From positions 97,266 through 161,265 of the IMG/VR virus record IMGVR_UViG_3300030419_004857: DNA of 64,000 nt; one strand, 5' to 3'. The notes below the pieces were generated by a model. The model was given only the letters and a program-made list of their open reading frames with translations, was not told where the DNA came from and searched no databases. A program made the position numbers and the translations under genes. Shown here in pieces: positions 10,476-19,614 of the stretch. Numbering within the stretch: the stretch's first letter is position 1; every line of letters starts with the position of its first letter. Source of the stretch: a virus.

Positions 10476-11451
10476 TAGGTAGTTCGCTCTTGCGTGTTTT
10501 CATGACAGAGCTTCGTGTTTGTTCAACCCAATCTATCGTCTGCTTTAAACCATCTTCTATAGAAGTTTTAGCCTCGAATCCAAGTTTCTGTTTGCATTGA
10601 GAAACGTCTAGATATTTTCTTGGTTGTCCTTCGGGTGGCTGGTCATGCCACACCAGTTTTCCTTCATAGTTCATTATCTCGCATACTTTTGTAATCAAAT
10701 CTCTGATATTAACTTCAACCCCGTTTCCTACATTAATTATGTCTGATCCATGAAATCCTTCCATAGCAAAAATTATACTTTCAACAGCATCGTCAACATA
10801 TAAAAATTCTCTACTCGTTTGATCATGATTCCATACGGGAAATTCTTTTGTACCTTCTTGAATATTATACTTAACTCTAGTGATAATATCTGGAATTATA
10901 CGATTCCATCTGGGATCAATTTTATCTTCGGGACCATATATTGTTGGAAATATCAGTGACGTAGCACTGAACCCGAACTGTTTACCGTAAGCTGCTACAA
11001 GCTCCATTAGGGAGCGCTTCGCCACACCATAGGACCATAGAAACGGATCTGGAGGACCGTTCCATAAATCCGTTTCCTTAAAAGGAATGGGACATGTGTC
11101 TGGATAACTAATTATGGGGGCAGACATAATAAATTTAAGGCAATTGTAATGTCTTGCCTCTTCTATTACTTTAAGTCCCATATTCAAATTTTCATATATG
11201 AATCCGCCGGGATAACGAGCGGAGGCTTCAAAACCACCAGTCCTTGCGGCTAGGTGAATTACTATCTCTGGCTGTATACGCTGAAACAACCATCCGACAG
11301 TAGACTCCTCCCCCAAATCAGTGCCGCTTCTAGTACCACCCACAGCGAAGACATGTTCATATCCCCTGTGTTTTAGAACATTGTAGAGACGGGTTCCCAA
11401 AAAGCCCTTGCCGCCCGTTATAAGAATCCTGTGGTGCTTTTGAATTTCCAT
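10459..11451 (-). CDS. GDP-L-fucose synthase-like SDR (divergent copy)
   Basis: ITGGKGFLG, HLAARTGG, YGVAK, REFLYVDD. Confidence 0.8.
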   Translation of the reverse strand: MEIQKHHRILITGGKGFLGTRLYNVLKHRGYEHVFAVGGTRSGTDLGEESTVGWLFQRIQPEIVIHLAARTGGFEASARYPGGFIYENLNMGLKVIEEARHYNCLKFIMSAPIISYPDTCPIPFKETDLWNGPPDPFLWSYGVAKRSLMELVAAYGKQFGFSATSLIFPTIYGPEDKIDPRWNRIIPDIITRVKYNIQEGTKEFPVWNHDQTSREFLYVDDAVESIIFAMEGFHGSDIINVGNGVEVNIRDLITKVCEIMNYEGKLVWHDQPPEGQPRKYLDVSQCKQKLGFEAKTSIEDGLKQTIDWVEQTRSSVMKTRKSELPNGEIV

Positions 11452-11777
11452 TATAGCTCTTCTAAGAAAGTTACCAATTCTTCTGGTGGCATATTGTTAG
11501 CCTTCTTTTTGACGTTATGTTCTTCATCCATGATAACCACCGTGGGATATCTCTCTATTTGGAATTCTGATATCAAGTGCTGGTTTTCTGGATTGTCTAG
11601 AAAAAGAAAATGCGGTTTTCCACCGTAATAAGCTTTGGACGCCTTGACAACTTTGCCATCTGTCCAAACCTGATCCTTCATTTGTTTACAGTGTGGACAC
11701 CAGTTAGTAACAAAAACTACTATTTGATGTTTTTTCTTTTTACAGCCTGACCCAAACAGTTTGTCAAACATATCCAA
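11451..11777 (-). CDS. thioredoxin-like protein
   Basis: WCPHC and YPT. Confidence 0.85.
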   Translation of the reverse strand: MDMFDKLFGSGCKKKKHQIVVFVTNWCPHCKQMKDQVWTDGKVVKASKAYYGGKPHFLFLDNPENQHLISEFQIERYPTVVIMDEEHNVKKKANNMPPEELVTFLEEL

Positions 11778-11778
11778 C

Positions 11779-12714
11779 CTATTTCAAAAGAGTTGGGAAC
11801 CTAATACTATCTTTGGTTGTTATAGATTTTCCATCGGTTTTAGACGGAGTGCCACCTTCAGTTGGTAGCGATACAATGTCCTTTAGGGAAGGAACATCTG
11901 TGGTCGTATCTATAGCCCACAAGATAGACTCTTTTTTTGCCCACGTTCTCATACGTCGAACTGGGACAATAAAGTTAAAGGTTTCTCCAGCACCTCTTAC
12001 AAGCATTCCTACATATTGGCCAGCCTTATCTCCAGACCTCTCACTTAGAAAGACACCGCCACCGCTTGAACCGGGAAATGCCGTCACGGTGGTCTGATCG
12101 AAGACAACGCCGTCTCCTGAGCCTAAATCAAGAACTCTACCGACTTGAGAACAAATACCTCGCGTCATCGAATTACTTCCGACTTGGCCTAGTAATGAGC
12201 CTACATGATATAATTCAGTACCCACAGTGGTTGGAGTATTTTCTGCATAGAAGGTGGTGGTTTTAGTGATAAAGCCCTTCTTTCTCACCATAAGCAAGGC
12301 AAGATCTTCACCGTTTTCTGAATCACTGTATTTGATAACCTTGGCGTCCATTTTCAGTTCGCCAACACGCCTCCCATCTTCTATAAGCTCCTTAACAATC
12401 TGAGCGTCCTTGAATTCAACCACAGTTGTGGTCCGACCATCCTTTATCACCTTTCTAACGGATCTTAGATTGTCTACAACGTGTCCAGCAGTCCAGACGA
12501 AATTAATTTTTTCTACTCTGCCGGGTGAGACTAGAACATCTCTAGTAATCAGAACACCGGAGCCTTCCCCAAGGCCAGACTTTACTGTTACAGATACGTC
12601 CTGTAAGTGTTGGTAAAGCTGCTTGTCCGCTGAGAATGCGGAGGAGCCGAGGACAAAGAGTAATACAATAGTACCTAAGATCGCTTTTTTCATGGTTTCC
12701 TTCCTTAGTGTCAT
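11779..12714 (-). CDS. secreted trypsin-like serine protease
   Basis: signal peptide; GSGV, TAGHV, DLALL, PGSSGG. Confidence 0.85.
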   Translation of the reverse strand: MTLRKETMKKAILGTIVLLFVLGSSAFSADKQLYQHLQDVSVTVKSGLGEGSGVLITRDVLVSPGRVEKINFVWTAGHVVDNLRSVRKVIKDGRTTTVVEFKDAQIVKELIEDGRRVGELKMDAKVIKYSDSENGEDLALLMVRKKGFITKTTTFYAENTPTTVGTELYHVGSLLGQVGSNSMTRGICSQVGRVLDLGSGDGVVFDQTTVTAFPGSSGGGVFLSERSGDKAGQYVGMLVRGAGETFNFIVPVRRMRTWAKKESILWAIDTTTDVPSLKDIVSLPTEGGTPSKTDGKSITTKDSIRFPTLLK

Positions 12715-12719
12715 TGGGG

Positions 12720-12750
12720 AAAAAATAAGGGGTTTTTGTCCAGAACCCCT
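12720..12750 (-). terminator. rho-independent terminator
   Basis: AGGGGTT...AACCCCT hairpin then TATTTTTT on the minus strand. Confidence 0.55.
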
Positions 12751-12768
12751 TAACTGGCGTTTATTTTA

Positions 12769-13557
12769 CTAAACGGTTTCACCACCCTGCATTCTACGCT
12801 CTAGCTCACGCTGGGGCGAGTTTCCATCATTTTCCGCAACGCCGGGGGCAACCTGAACGTTGGGAGTAGAGATAGCACGCAGTTCATCTTCTGTAAATTC
12901 ACTACCAAGGGCCGGATGCTTGATCCATTCGATGGTTGGAATATGACTAACATCATAGTTGGCAAAATGCTCTGCTGTCAGATAGTACGGGTTTTCATCA
13001 TCGAAAACTGCATGAGCTTCGACAACAGGAACCCTGAATAATTCAACAGCCATAAGACGATAAGCCTCACGGAAAAGCTTCTTCATTTCTACAGCGGTAG
13101 AATCACTCCAGTCATTAGCCCAAGTGTTCTCGGAAAGCTGAGCAATGTCACTCATGCCCTGAAGGCATAGCTCAATCCATCTTCGGCAATAGTCATTCTT
13201 AACATCAAAATAACGAACTGGATAAATCTTGAAGGCTCTACGCTCGTGTGTAATATGGTGAGCTTCGAGTCTTTCCATGTTATCCGGCTTAGTGTTTGTG
13301 TCAATTAGATTGCACAGACGAACAAACATATTGTGATGATGCTTGACGGCAGATAGTGTCGGCGGGCCGGGAACGAAGCAGTCAGTACGTACACTGAAAG
13401 CCTGAAGATGTTCTCCAACCTTTTCAAACAGCCTAGCCATTGCCATGTTATAGGTTTCTTTGTTGTCTCCAACATTAGGAATGCCCCACTTGACCCCCTC
13501 AAACATGTAGGGAAGTATGGCGTCGTGAGTCGGAATTACCAAATTTTCGTTAGACAT
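12769..13557 (-). CDS. hypothetical protein
   Basis: 262 aa ORF followed by a terminator. Confidence 0.6.
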   Translation of the reverse strand: MSNENLVIPTHDAILPYMFEGVKWGIPNVGDNKETYNMAMARLFEKVGEHLQAFSVRTDCFVPGPPTLSAVKHHHNMFVRLCNLIDTNTKPDNMERLEAHHITHERRAFKIYPVRYFDVKNDYCRRWIELCLQGMSDIAQLSENTWANDWSDSTAVEMKKLFREAYRLMAVELFRVPVVEAHAVFDDENPYYLTAEHFANYDVSHIPTIEWIKHPALGSEFTEDELRAISTPNVQVAPGVAENDGNSPQRELERRMQGGETV

Positions 13558-13576
13558 AGTAGATCACCCACTTTCT

Positions 13577-15565
13577 TTATTCGATATTAAATTTTTCTTT
13601 AAGTCTCTGACGTAATAGCGTATCAATTTGATTCATTGTCATAGTTTGGTCATTTTGATATTCGTTGACCAACTCTCCAAATATAGTCATGATTTGTTCA
13701 GCAGTAGCTTGTTTTCTGGTGCTGAACGGAACATTCAAAAATTGTGGTGGCAATCCATGCGCCGCAACAACTTGTTGGTAATGAGGTTCAACAACCGGAA
13801 GTCCTCCATAGGGAGCAAATCCGGGGTGAAGACCTCCTTGTTGTAAATCCTTGTCGATATCATTGGTTGTTTTGCCCTGCGGCAATGATTCTAGGGGCAT
13901 TACATACTCGTTGTCGTGCGAATGTTTATGGTTATGAATATGTTCATGCTCATGTATATGTTTTTCGACCTCTGAACACCCAGAGGCGTCTCCATCTATA
14001 TTATACCCCTCTTCTCGATCATTGTCAATTTCTTTTTCGTCTTCTTCTTCTTTTCTTCGTCTTCGTCTCCTATTTAGTAGGAATGGAACGCCATATTTAA
14101 GAGCAAGCATTCCTAAGCTTGCTCCACCGAGGGTAAAACTGACATTCTCAACCGTATTGCCATTTCCTCCAGTCACATCATCCATGTAATGTCCAGAGCC
14201 TTCTTTAAGATTTGATATCTCTCCATCTTTTTCTACAATAAATCCTAACAACTGGTCTATTCTAGATTTTAAAGTATCTTTTTGGCCTTCAACAGTTCCC
14301 AAAAGATCTCTCAACCCGTTTACCTCATTTTGAGAGTCCAATAGACTGCTGTTAGTTCCACTAAGCTCAGCCTTTAAGCTTTCAGACAAAGCCTCTAGAT
14401 TTGTAAGCTTCTCTTTTAGCTCGGTAATCTTATCAAGGTACTCCTGACGCTCTTTGTCAAAATCAGGTGGGGGATCAACAGGATCGCCGGGATCAGGTCT
14501 TCCCGGCCAACCGTTAAATCCACCACCGTTGTCAGGAGGTTGAGGGTTTGGGTTTGGGTTTGGGTTCGGTGGTGGACAACGGTTAAATGGACACCACGGG
14601 AACAGACCATTACCTTCGTATAGCTCTCCAACTCTTATTCCACCGTAGTATCTTGCAGTATCTGCAATACCACCATCCTGAAACTTGAGTTCGGGGCAAA
14701 ACATAAATTCACCCTTCTTGGTTCTCCTGAGACCACCATCTTTTGGTATGACAACATGGTCACTAATCTTGTGCCCACAGTGCGGACAAACCTGATTCAA
14801 TCTTTCTTTTGCGGATTTTTTAGTCTCGTCTTTCTCATAAACAACATTATATGAAGCCTCTATAGGATGTCCCTGACCGTCACCTTCTATGATAGCATAA
14901 ATCTGTTTTAGAGATAGGCCAGCACCATAATCTGTAGGACCATCGTCAGTCCAAGCACCGTCGCCAACTCTCCAAGCAAGAAGGATACCTATTCTGGTTT
15001 GTAGTTCTCCTTCGCTATCTTTAACATTAATAAGTACGCCGCTGCCAGATTGCCCACCGATAGGAGCGGCATTGAAACTAACAGTGGCTCCATGATTTCT
15101 AATAACCCTGCCCTTCCAAGAGCAAGCCCATTGTGCAGAGGGGCATCCGCCAGCTATAACAAGATCGTTGGCCTTTATCGGTGTTCCCTTTGGAGCTAGA
15201 GGAATAACTCTGGGAGGATAATGACCAAAATACTTTTTCTTAACTGATATAATAGACAGATCTAAAGCTGTTCCATCTTCATAAGCAGTATACTCTGTCT
15301 TAAAAGGAATCATTGCGGATTTATAGCCGTCTTGAAAGAACTCTACATGGCCTCTTCTGGCTCGACCTACAACGTGTCCGTTTGTTAGGATATAGTACTT
15401 GTCTTCATCTTCTTGGAAGACCGTGCCTGAACCTCTACCCTCACTGGTATTAACCCTACATACTCCTTCCAAAGCCTCGTCCATCGTAAGCGGTTTGGCA
15501 AAACCTAAAGCTGGGAAGAGCGTCATTATTGCCAAAACTACAACAGCTTGTATTAGTTTTTTCAT
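13577..15565 (-). CDS. membrane-anchored trypsin-like protease with Pro-rich linker, coiled coil, TM helix and His-rich tail
   Basis: signal peptide; GSGT, TNGHV, LDLS, GQSGSG; (PN)n linker; heptads; hydrophobic segment followed by RRRRRRK. Confidence 0.75.
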   Translation of the reverse strand: MKKLIQAVVVLAIMTLFPALGFAKPLTMDEALEGVCRVNTSEGRGSGTVFQEDEDKYYILTNGHVVGRARRGHVEFFQDGYKSAMIPFKTEYTAYEDGTALDLSIISVKKKYFGHYPPRVIPLAPKGTPIKANDLVIAGGCPSAQWACSWKGRVIRNHGATVSFNAAPIGGQSGSGVLINVKDSEGELQTRIGILLAWRVGDGAWTDDGPTDYGAGLSLKQIYAIIEGDGQGHPIEASYNVVYEKDETKKSAKERLNQVCPHCGHKISDHVVIPKDGGLRRTKKGEFMFCPELKFQDGGIADTARYYGGIRVGELYEGNGLFPWCPFNRCPPPNPNPNPNPQPPDNGGGFNGWPGRPDPGDPVDPPPDFDKERQEYLDKITELKEKLTNLEALSESLKAELSGTNSSLLDSQNEVNGLRDLLGTVEGQKDTLKSRIDQLLGFIVEKDGEISNLKEGSGHYMDDVTGGNGNTVENVSFTLGGASLGMLALKYGVPFLLNRRRRRRKEEEDEKEIDNDREEGYNIDGDASGCSEVEKHIHEHEHIHNHKHSHDNEYVMPLESLPQGKTTNDIDKDLQQGGLHPGFAPYGGLPVVEPHYQQVVAAHGLPPQFLNVPFSTRKQATAEQIMTIFGELVNEYQNDQTMTMNQIDTLLRQRLKEKFNIE

Positions 15566-15570
15566 GACCT

Positions 15571-16224
15571 TTACCAGTCCTTACTGATGGTGAATTGATA
15601 CTTGAAAAGTGCTGACCTAGCTAAATCAGCGGGCGTAACAGCCGTGTCTGCTAAGTACGGCACTGGATCTACATACGCTTTGCGGTAAGCATAAGCGACA
15701 GCAGTGCTGCACACGAAGACATTTGTTGGTTCTTCATCCTTGATATTCTGTTTTGCTAACCTACAGAACGGTAAATAGTGCTTAGCTAATTTCATGAAGT
15801 TTTTCCAGCCATAGGGTAGGCCGGTAAGATCTAGCATAACATCCGAAACCGAATGAGCGACAGATTCACTAAAGATATCTATTTGCTCTTTTTCCTCATA
15901 TGCAACCTTTATAGATCTTTGCTCTTCATTACTAGGCCAGCCGCTAAATTTATTGTGGTGCAATATATGAGCCGGTCTGAATACATCAATATTATCCGGG
16001 TGTGTTTCAACTTGACTCTTTAGAGAAACAGATCTAGCGCCTTTAAATTCTCTAAATTCTACACACTCCAAATTTCTTCCATCCCAATGGGCCATAGCCG
16101 CATGACTATGAACACCGCTCCCATATCTTTTTATCAACCAAGAAATTAGTCCCTCACCACGAAAGAGAAGCACGTCTGCCTCTTTGATGTACGTCTTGGC
16201 TTCGTGATAAGGAACTAAAATCAT
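15571..16224 (-). CDS. permuted papain-like NlpC/P60 enzyme (YiiX/YebB-like)
   Basis: ADVLLF, HSHAAM (His first), GLPY, FVCSTAVAYAY, TPADL. Confidence 0.8.
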   Translation of the reverse strand: MILVPYHEAKTYIKEADVLLFRGEGLISWLIKRYGSGVHSHAAMAHWDGRNLECVEFREFKGARSVSLKSQVETHPDNIDVFRPAHILHHNKFSGWPSNEEQRSIKVAYEEKEQIDIFSESVAHSVSDVMLDLTGLPYGWKNFMKLAKHYLPFCRLAKQNIKDEEPTNVFVCSTAVAYAYRKAYVDPVPYLADTAVTPADLARSALFKYQFTISKDW

Positions 16225-16226
16225 TA

Positions 16227-16604
16227 CTATTTTTCTTCCAGCTTTTTGTCTATTCTATCTAATATGTCAGCAATTCTCCTTTGATCATTGACTATTTGCG
16301 TCATGATTTGCTGCATATCTTTTTGAACTTCTGCCCAGCTTCTGGGCACATAAACTAGCGGAGTCCCGTCTGAGTCTTGTCTGGATATAACTTTATAAGT
16401 ATGTTGCATCCAGTCTCGCTCTTCATCCATAAGAACAGATTTTGGCGGAACAGATTTTAAAATTAGAATTTCAATGACCTTCCCTAAACCCATAACTATG
16501 GCAACTATAGCTGCCAACGCCGGAATCGAAAGAATGTCTACATCCATCAATTTATTCTCCAGAAAAGGGTCAGGGGGCCACGCTTGTGACCCCCATGACC
16601 ACAA
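16227..16604 (-). CDS. membrane protein with coiled-coil tail (holin-like candidate; start probably near 16546)
   Basis: N-terminal TM helix and C-terminal heptads. Confidence 0.5.
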   Translation of the reverse strand: MWSWGSQAWPPDPFLENKLMDVDILSIPALAAIVAIVMGLGKVIEILILKSVPPKSVLMDEERDWMQHTYKVISRQDSDGTPLVYVPRSWAEVQKDMQQIMTQIVNDQRRIADILDRIDKKLEEK

Positions 16605-16616
16605 AAAAATTATGGA

Positions 16617-17276
16617 TTAGCCACCAGTGACAGCACTGTAATCCATGAGGTTTTCAACTCCCGTGCCGTCGCCACTTACAGAAGCGCCGTCAAAGTTTAC
16701 GAAGTTGATAAGTACTGCAAACTCGCCCGGAATAGCTCTGCTTGCTGCGGCAGCACTATCAGCAGATGCGCCTCCACCAACCGGATTGATATAGGTAGAC
16801 TTCGTACCCTTGCCGGTTCTAGTGCCGCTAAGAGCGCCCGTACCGAATATATCAAGGATCGTGTCGGCCCAAGTACCATATTGGTAATTGCTTTCAGTAC
16901 TATGAATGTTTCCAGCGGGACGACTTGTGCCATCGGAGCCGAGGACATTCAGAATATCTGCGGTAGCCGCCTTGCCACCAATAAGTGTTTGCACTCCGCG
17001 AGCCAAAAAGCCACTGTTGGCTTTTGTTCTTGAGACTGCATGACCGCTTGGGTTGTAAGCAAGGTCTTGACTTGAAACAGTTTTGTCTACCCAAGTCGAA
17101 TCAAATACTAGTGAACCATAAGAATCAGCACCATCTACTAAGGAGATGATATCTTTGTTTGTCCACCTAGAACTAGAGATGGTTCCGCCATGTGCAATTA
17201 CGCCACTGTCGGAATCTCCGCTAACTCCAGTTACAACGCCGCCTGTAGCCGTCTGTGTATGTGTGCTCGTAGCCAT
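16617..17276 (-). CDS. Gly/Ser/Thr-rich putative virion protein
   Basis: composition typical of structural proteins; own upstream GTGTATAAT motif and downstream hairpin. Confidence 0.5.
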   Translation of the reverse strand: MATSTHTQTATGGVVTGVSGDSDSGVIAHGGTISSSRWTNKDIISLVDGADSYGSLVFDSTWVDKTVSSQDLAYNPSGHAVSRTKANSGFLARGVQTLIGGKAATADILNVLGSDGTSRPAGNIHSTESNYQYGTWADTILDIFGTGALSGTRTGKGTKSTYINPVGGGASADSAAAASRAIPGEFAVLINFVNFDGASVSGDGTGVENLMDYSAVTGG

Positions 17277-17364
17277 GATATTGCCTTTCTATAAGCAATG
17301 ATCGATTCCTTTATTTCCTATTTATTGATAGTCCAGTCCTTGTATATTATACACCATAAAGAAA

Positions 17365-17883
17365 TTATTCTGACACATACTCTTTTAGCTTTTCGAGAGC
17401 GGATATGATGTATCTTCTTGCAGTTTCCCTACTGTAGTTGTTTTTTTTGCCTATTTCTTCCATTGTGAGGTTGTCAAAAAACCTTTGTTTGATTACAGTT
17501 CTTAATCTAGGGTGTAACTTTTGTAAAAGATCCTTGATTTCTGCTATTTCTACATCATTGCAAACGCCGTAATTCTCTTGGTATTCGACAGATTTCTTAT
17601 GTTTGTTGATGGAATAAAGCTGTTTTTTGCACTCCCAGTCTGCACGCTTATAAAGAAAAGAGGTGAACTTGCCACCCTTCTCGGGGTCAAAAGCTTTTAA
17701 AGCTTCCCAGAGCGCTATTAATTTGCATCTTTCTAGTTCGTCTGCTGGAATAGATTTGACATATCTAGAACATGCCTTGTTAAGAATATTGATATTGTTT
17801 CTGTCCTTAGAAGCTTCATCAAATTCTTTGTTTCCTATGGGGGTGAGCATATTTATCCTTCCTAAGACCTCCTTATAAGTCAA
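17365..17883 (-). CDS. RNA polymerase sigma-70 family factor
   Basis: region 2 ALWEALKAFDPEKGGKFTSF; region 4 LTMEEIGKKNNYSRETARR. Confidence 0.85.
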   Translation of the reverse strand: MTYKEVLGRINMLTPIGNKEFDEASKDRNNINILNKACSRYVKSIPADELERCKLIALWEALKAFDPEKGGKFTSFLYKRADWECKKQLYSINKHKKSVEYQENYGVCNDVEIAEIKDLLQKLHPRLRTVIKQRFFDNLTMEEIGKKNNYSRETARRYIISALEKLKEYVSE

Positions 17884-18502
17884 ACCCTCTTTGTATTATA
17901 GATCCGCCAAACTTCTCTTTATCCGCTTCATACCCAAAAAGAGTTTCTAGGTAGTCTCCGTCATTTGCATCGTTTGTGCTGGCGTAATCTATTTCTCCTT
18001 CTGGACTTACATATATAGCCCAATACTTATCAGAAGAAATTATATTCTTAATAAGAGCGACGGCGTCCTCTACATCCTGAGTCATGTCATCGTCTTTAGC
18101 GGGTTTTTTCTTTTTGGTCTTTGAGAGATCACATATAGATTTCTCTAGCTTGTGTCTCACATTTTTAAAATCAAAAAGCTTGCCCACACCAACGAAAAAT
18201 CTGTATCTGCTCAAGACCATCAAAAGTTCTATACCTCTGATTTTCTCGATTTTTTCTTGCACACTTTTGGTAATATCAAAATTTGTATGCCCAGTCCAGC
18301 AATCAAGCTGTTTAATGGGATTTGCTTTATCGTGAAGCTGAAAAATGCCAATCGGAGTGCTAACCAGTTTTGGAATTTTTTTCATCAAAGCCATGGCATC
18401 CGACGCTAACTCTTCATCCTCGTCGTCTATCTCTAACATTTCTGCTATTTCTTGCTCTATTAGATCGGCGTCCCATTTTTCCCACGCTATAACCTTTTTC
18501 AT
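17873..18502 (-). CDS. hypothetical phage protein
   Basis: 209 aa ORF. Confidence 0.6.
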   Translation of the reverse strand: MKKVIAWEKWDADLIEQEIAEMLEIDDEDEELASDAMALMKKIPKLVSTPIGIFQLHDKANPIKQLDCWTGHTNFDITKSVQEKIEKIRGIELLMVLSRYRFFVGVGKLFDFKNVRHKLEKSICDLSKTKKKKPAKDDDMTQDVEDAVALIKNIISSDKYWAIYVSPEGEIDYASTNDANDGDYLETLFGYEADKEKFGGSIIQRGFDL

Positions 18503-18535
18503 TATTAAGCCCTCTTGGGGGTAATCGAAGACGCA

Positions 18536-18949
18536 TTATTCACTCGCTTCTTGTATGTTTCTAGCCACGTCTGTTGGTCTTACCACTAAATCATCACTAT
18601 CTTCTTTTGTCTGATCAAGGGAAAATAAAGACAACGCCTCCTTGGCTCGCTCTTCTTCCCAATGTGCCAAATGCCTCAATATATCTATGTATAATTCTGA
18701 GCGGTCTTTATTGGAACATTCTTGCTGTAAAAATTTTAAAGTATCTTCTTGAAGAGATCCAATAGATACACTATGTAACAATTCGGCAAATCGCAAGTGG
18801 TCTCCGTCTCCAGAAGACCACTCGCAATCTACCCAAATCGTATTATCTTTATCAACAACGTAAGTTAAAGACGCAATGATACCCTCCATGGTATCCTCAT
18901 CCTTTTTTTTGCGCCAAAAGGCTCTTGTAAACAAATTTAAAAATTTCAT
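18536..18949 (-). CDS. hypothetical protein
   Basis: 137 aa ORF. Confidence 0.55.
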   Translation of the reverse strand: MKFLNLFTRAFWRKKKDEDTMEGIIASLTYVVDKDNTIWVDCEWSSGDGDHLRFAELLHSVSIGSLQEDTLKFLQQECSNKDRSELYIDILRHLAHWEEERAKEALSLFSLDQTKEDSDDLVVRPTDVARNIQEASE

Positions 18950-19137
18950 CCAATATCCTTAATACAGTTTAGGCAACTATCTGCATGCTCATAATCTTGA
19001 AGTGCATTAATTGCTTCTTCTACGATATTAGAATGATCTCCAATACCTATGAAATTTAGAGTATACAGTTGATACCTAACAAGAGCTTCCTCTCTCTTAG
19101 CTTCAAAATGTTTAATAACAGCCTTCTTAGCATCCAT
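18946..19137 (-). CDS. hypothetical phage protein
   Basis: GIGDHSNIVEE motif resembles small marine phage proteins; RBS GAGG. Confidence 0.55.
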   Translation of the reverse strand: MDAKKAVIKHFEAKREEALVRYQLYTLNFIGIGDHSNIVEEAINALQDYEHADSCLNCIKDIG

Positions 19138-19165
19138 GTTTTTTCCTCACGTGGTTGTAAAAAAA

Positions 19166-19399
19166 TTAAGCAGCCCTTAGACTATCGCCAACAATCCAAG
19201 CACCACCCAGAAGCACTACGTGGTTAACTTGCTCCGCTGATAGGCCAAGACCCAGACCGTCAAAAATGACGAAAGCAACGCCACCAATGGCGAGCCAAAA
19301 TCTACGAGATCCAAAAAGTGATTGTATCTTGTTCAGCATCATCAGTCCTCCATCTAAAGTAAAGAAACAACAAAATAACACCAACTGGTGTTTGTTCAC
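19166..19399 (-). CDS. small two-TM protein (holin-like; start probably near 19342)
   Basis: SRRFWLAI plus two hydrophobic helices. Confidence 0.55.
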   Translation of the reverse strand: MNKHQLVLFCCFFTLDGGLMMLNKIQSLFGSRRFWLAIGGVAFVIFDGLGLGLSAEQVNHVVLLGGAWIVGDSLRAA

Positions 19400-19407
19400 T
19401 CGTTCAC

Positions 19408-19614
19408 TCAGCCCTTACATCCGCACACGCCGCCAGACAAACATACACAGTTATCACCACATGCACAGTCATCACAAACGCAAGCAGTCTTGTCCCCAGC
19501 GTGTGGGCAAACATGACTGTGTCCCAAAAGTGGACACCAGTGTAATGAATAACCAATTCCCACGCCGATTAAAAGGCATAGCCAATGATTCTTAATTAGA
19601 TCTAGCATATTCAT
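19408..19614 (-). CDS. small Cys-rich metallothionein-like protein with N-terminal hydrophobic segment
   Basis: 11 Cys, four CxC motifs. Confidence 0.55.
   Translation of the reverse strand: MNMLDLIKNHWLCLLIGVGIGYSLHWCPLLGHSHVCPHAGDKTACVCDDCACGDNCVCLSGGVCGCKG

Noticed and set aside
14543-14568. (GGGTTT)n run resembling a G-quadruplex or telomeric repeat
   Set aside because: Fully explained by the Pro-Asn linker codons of the protease
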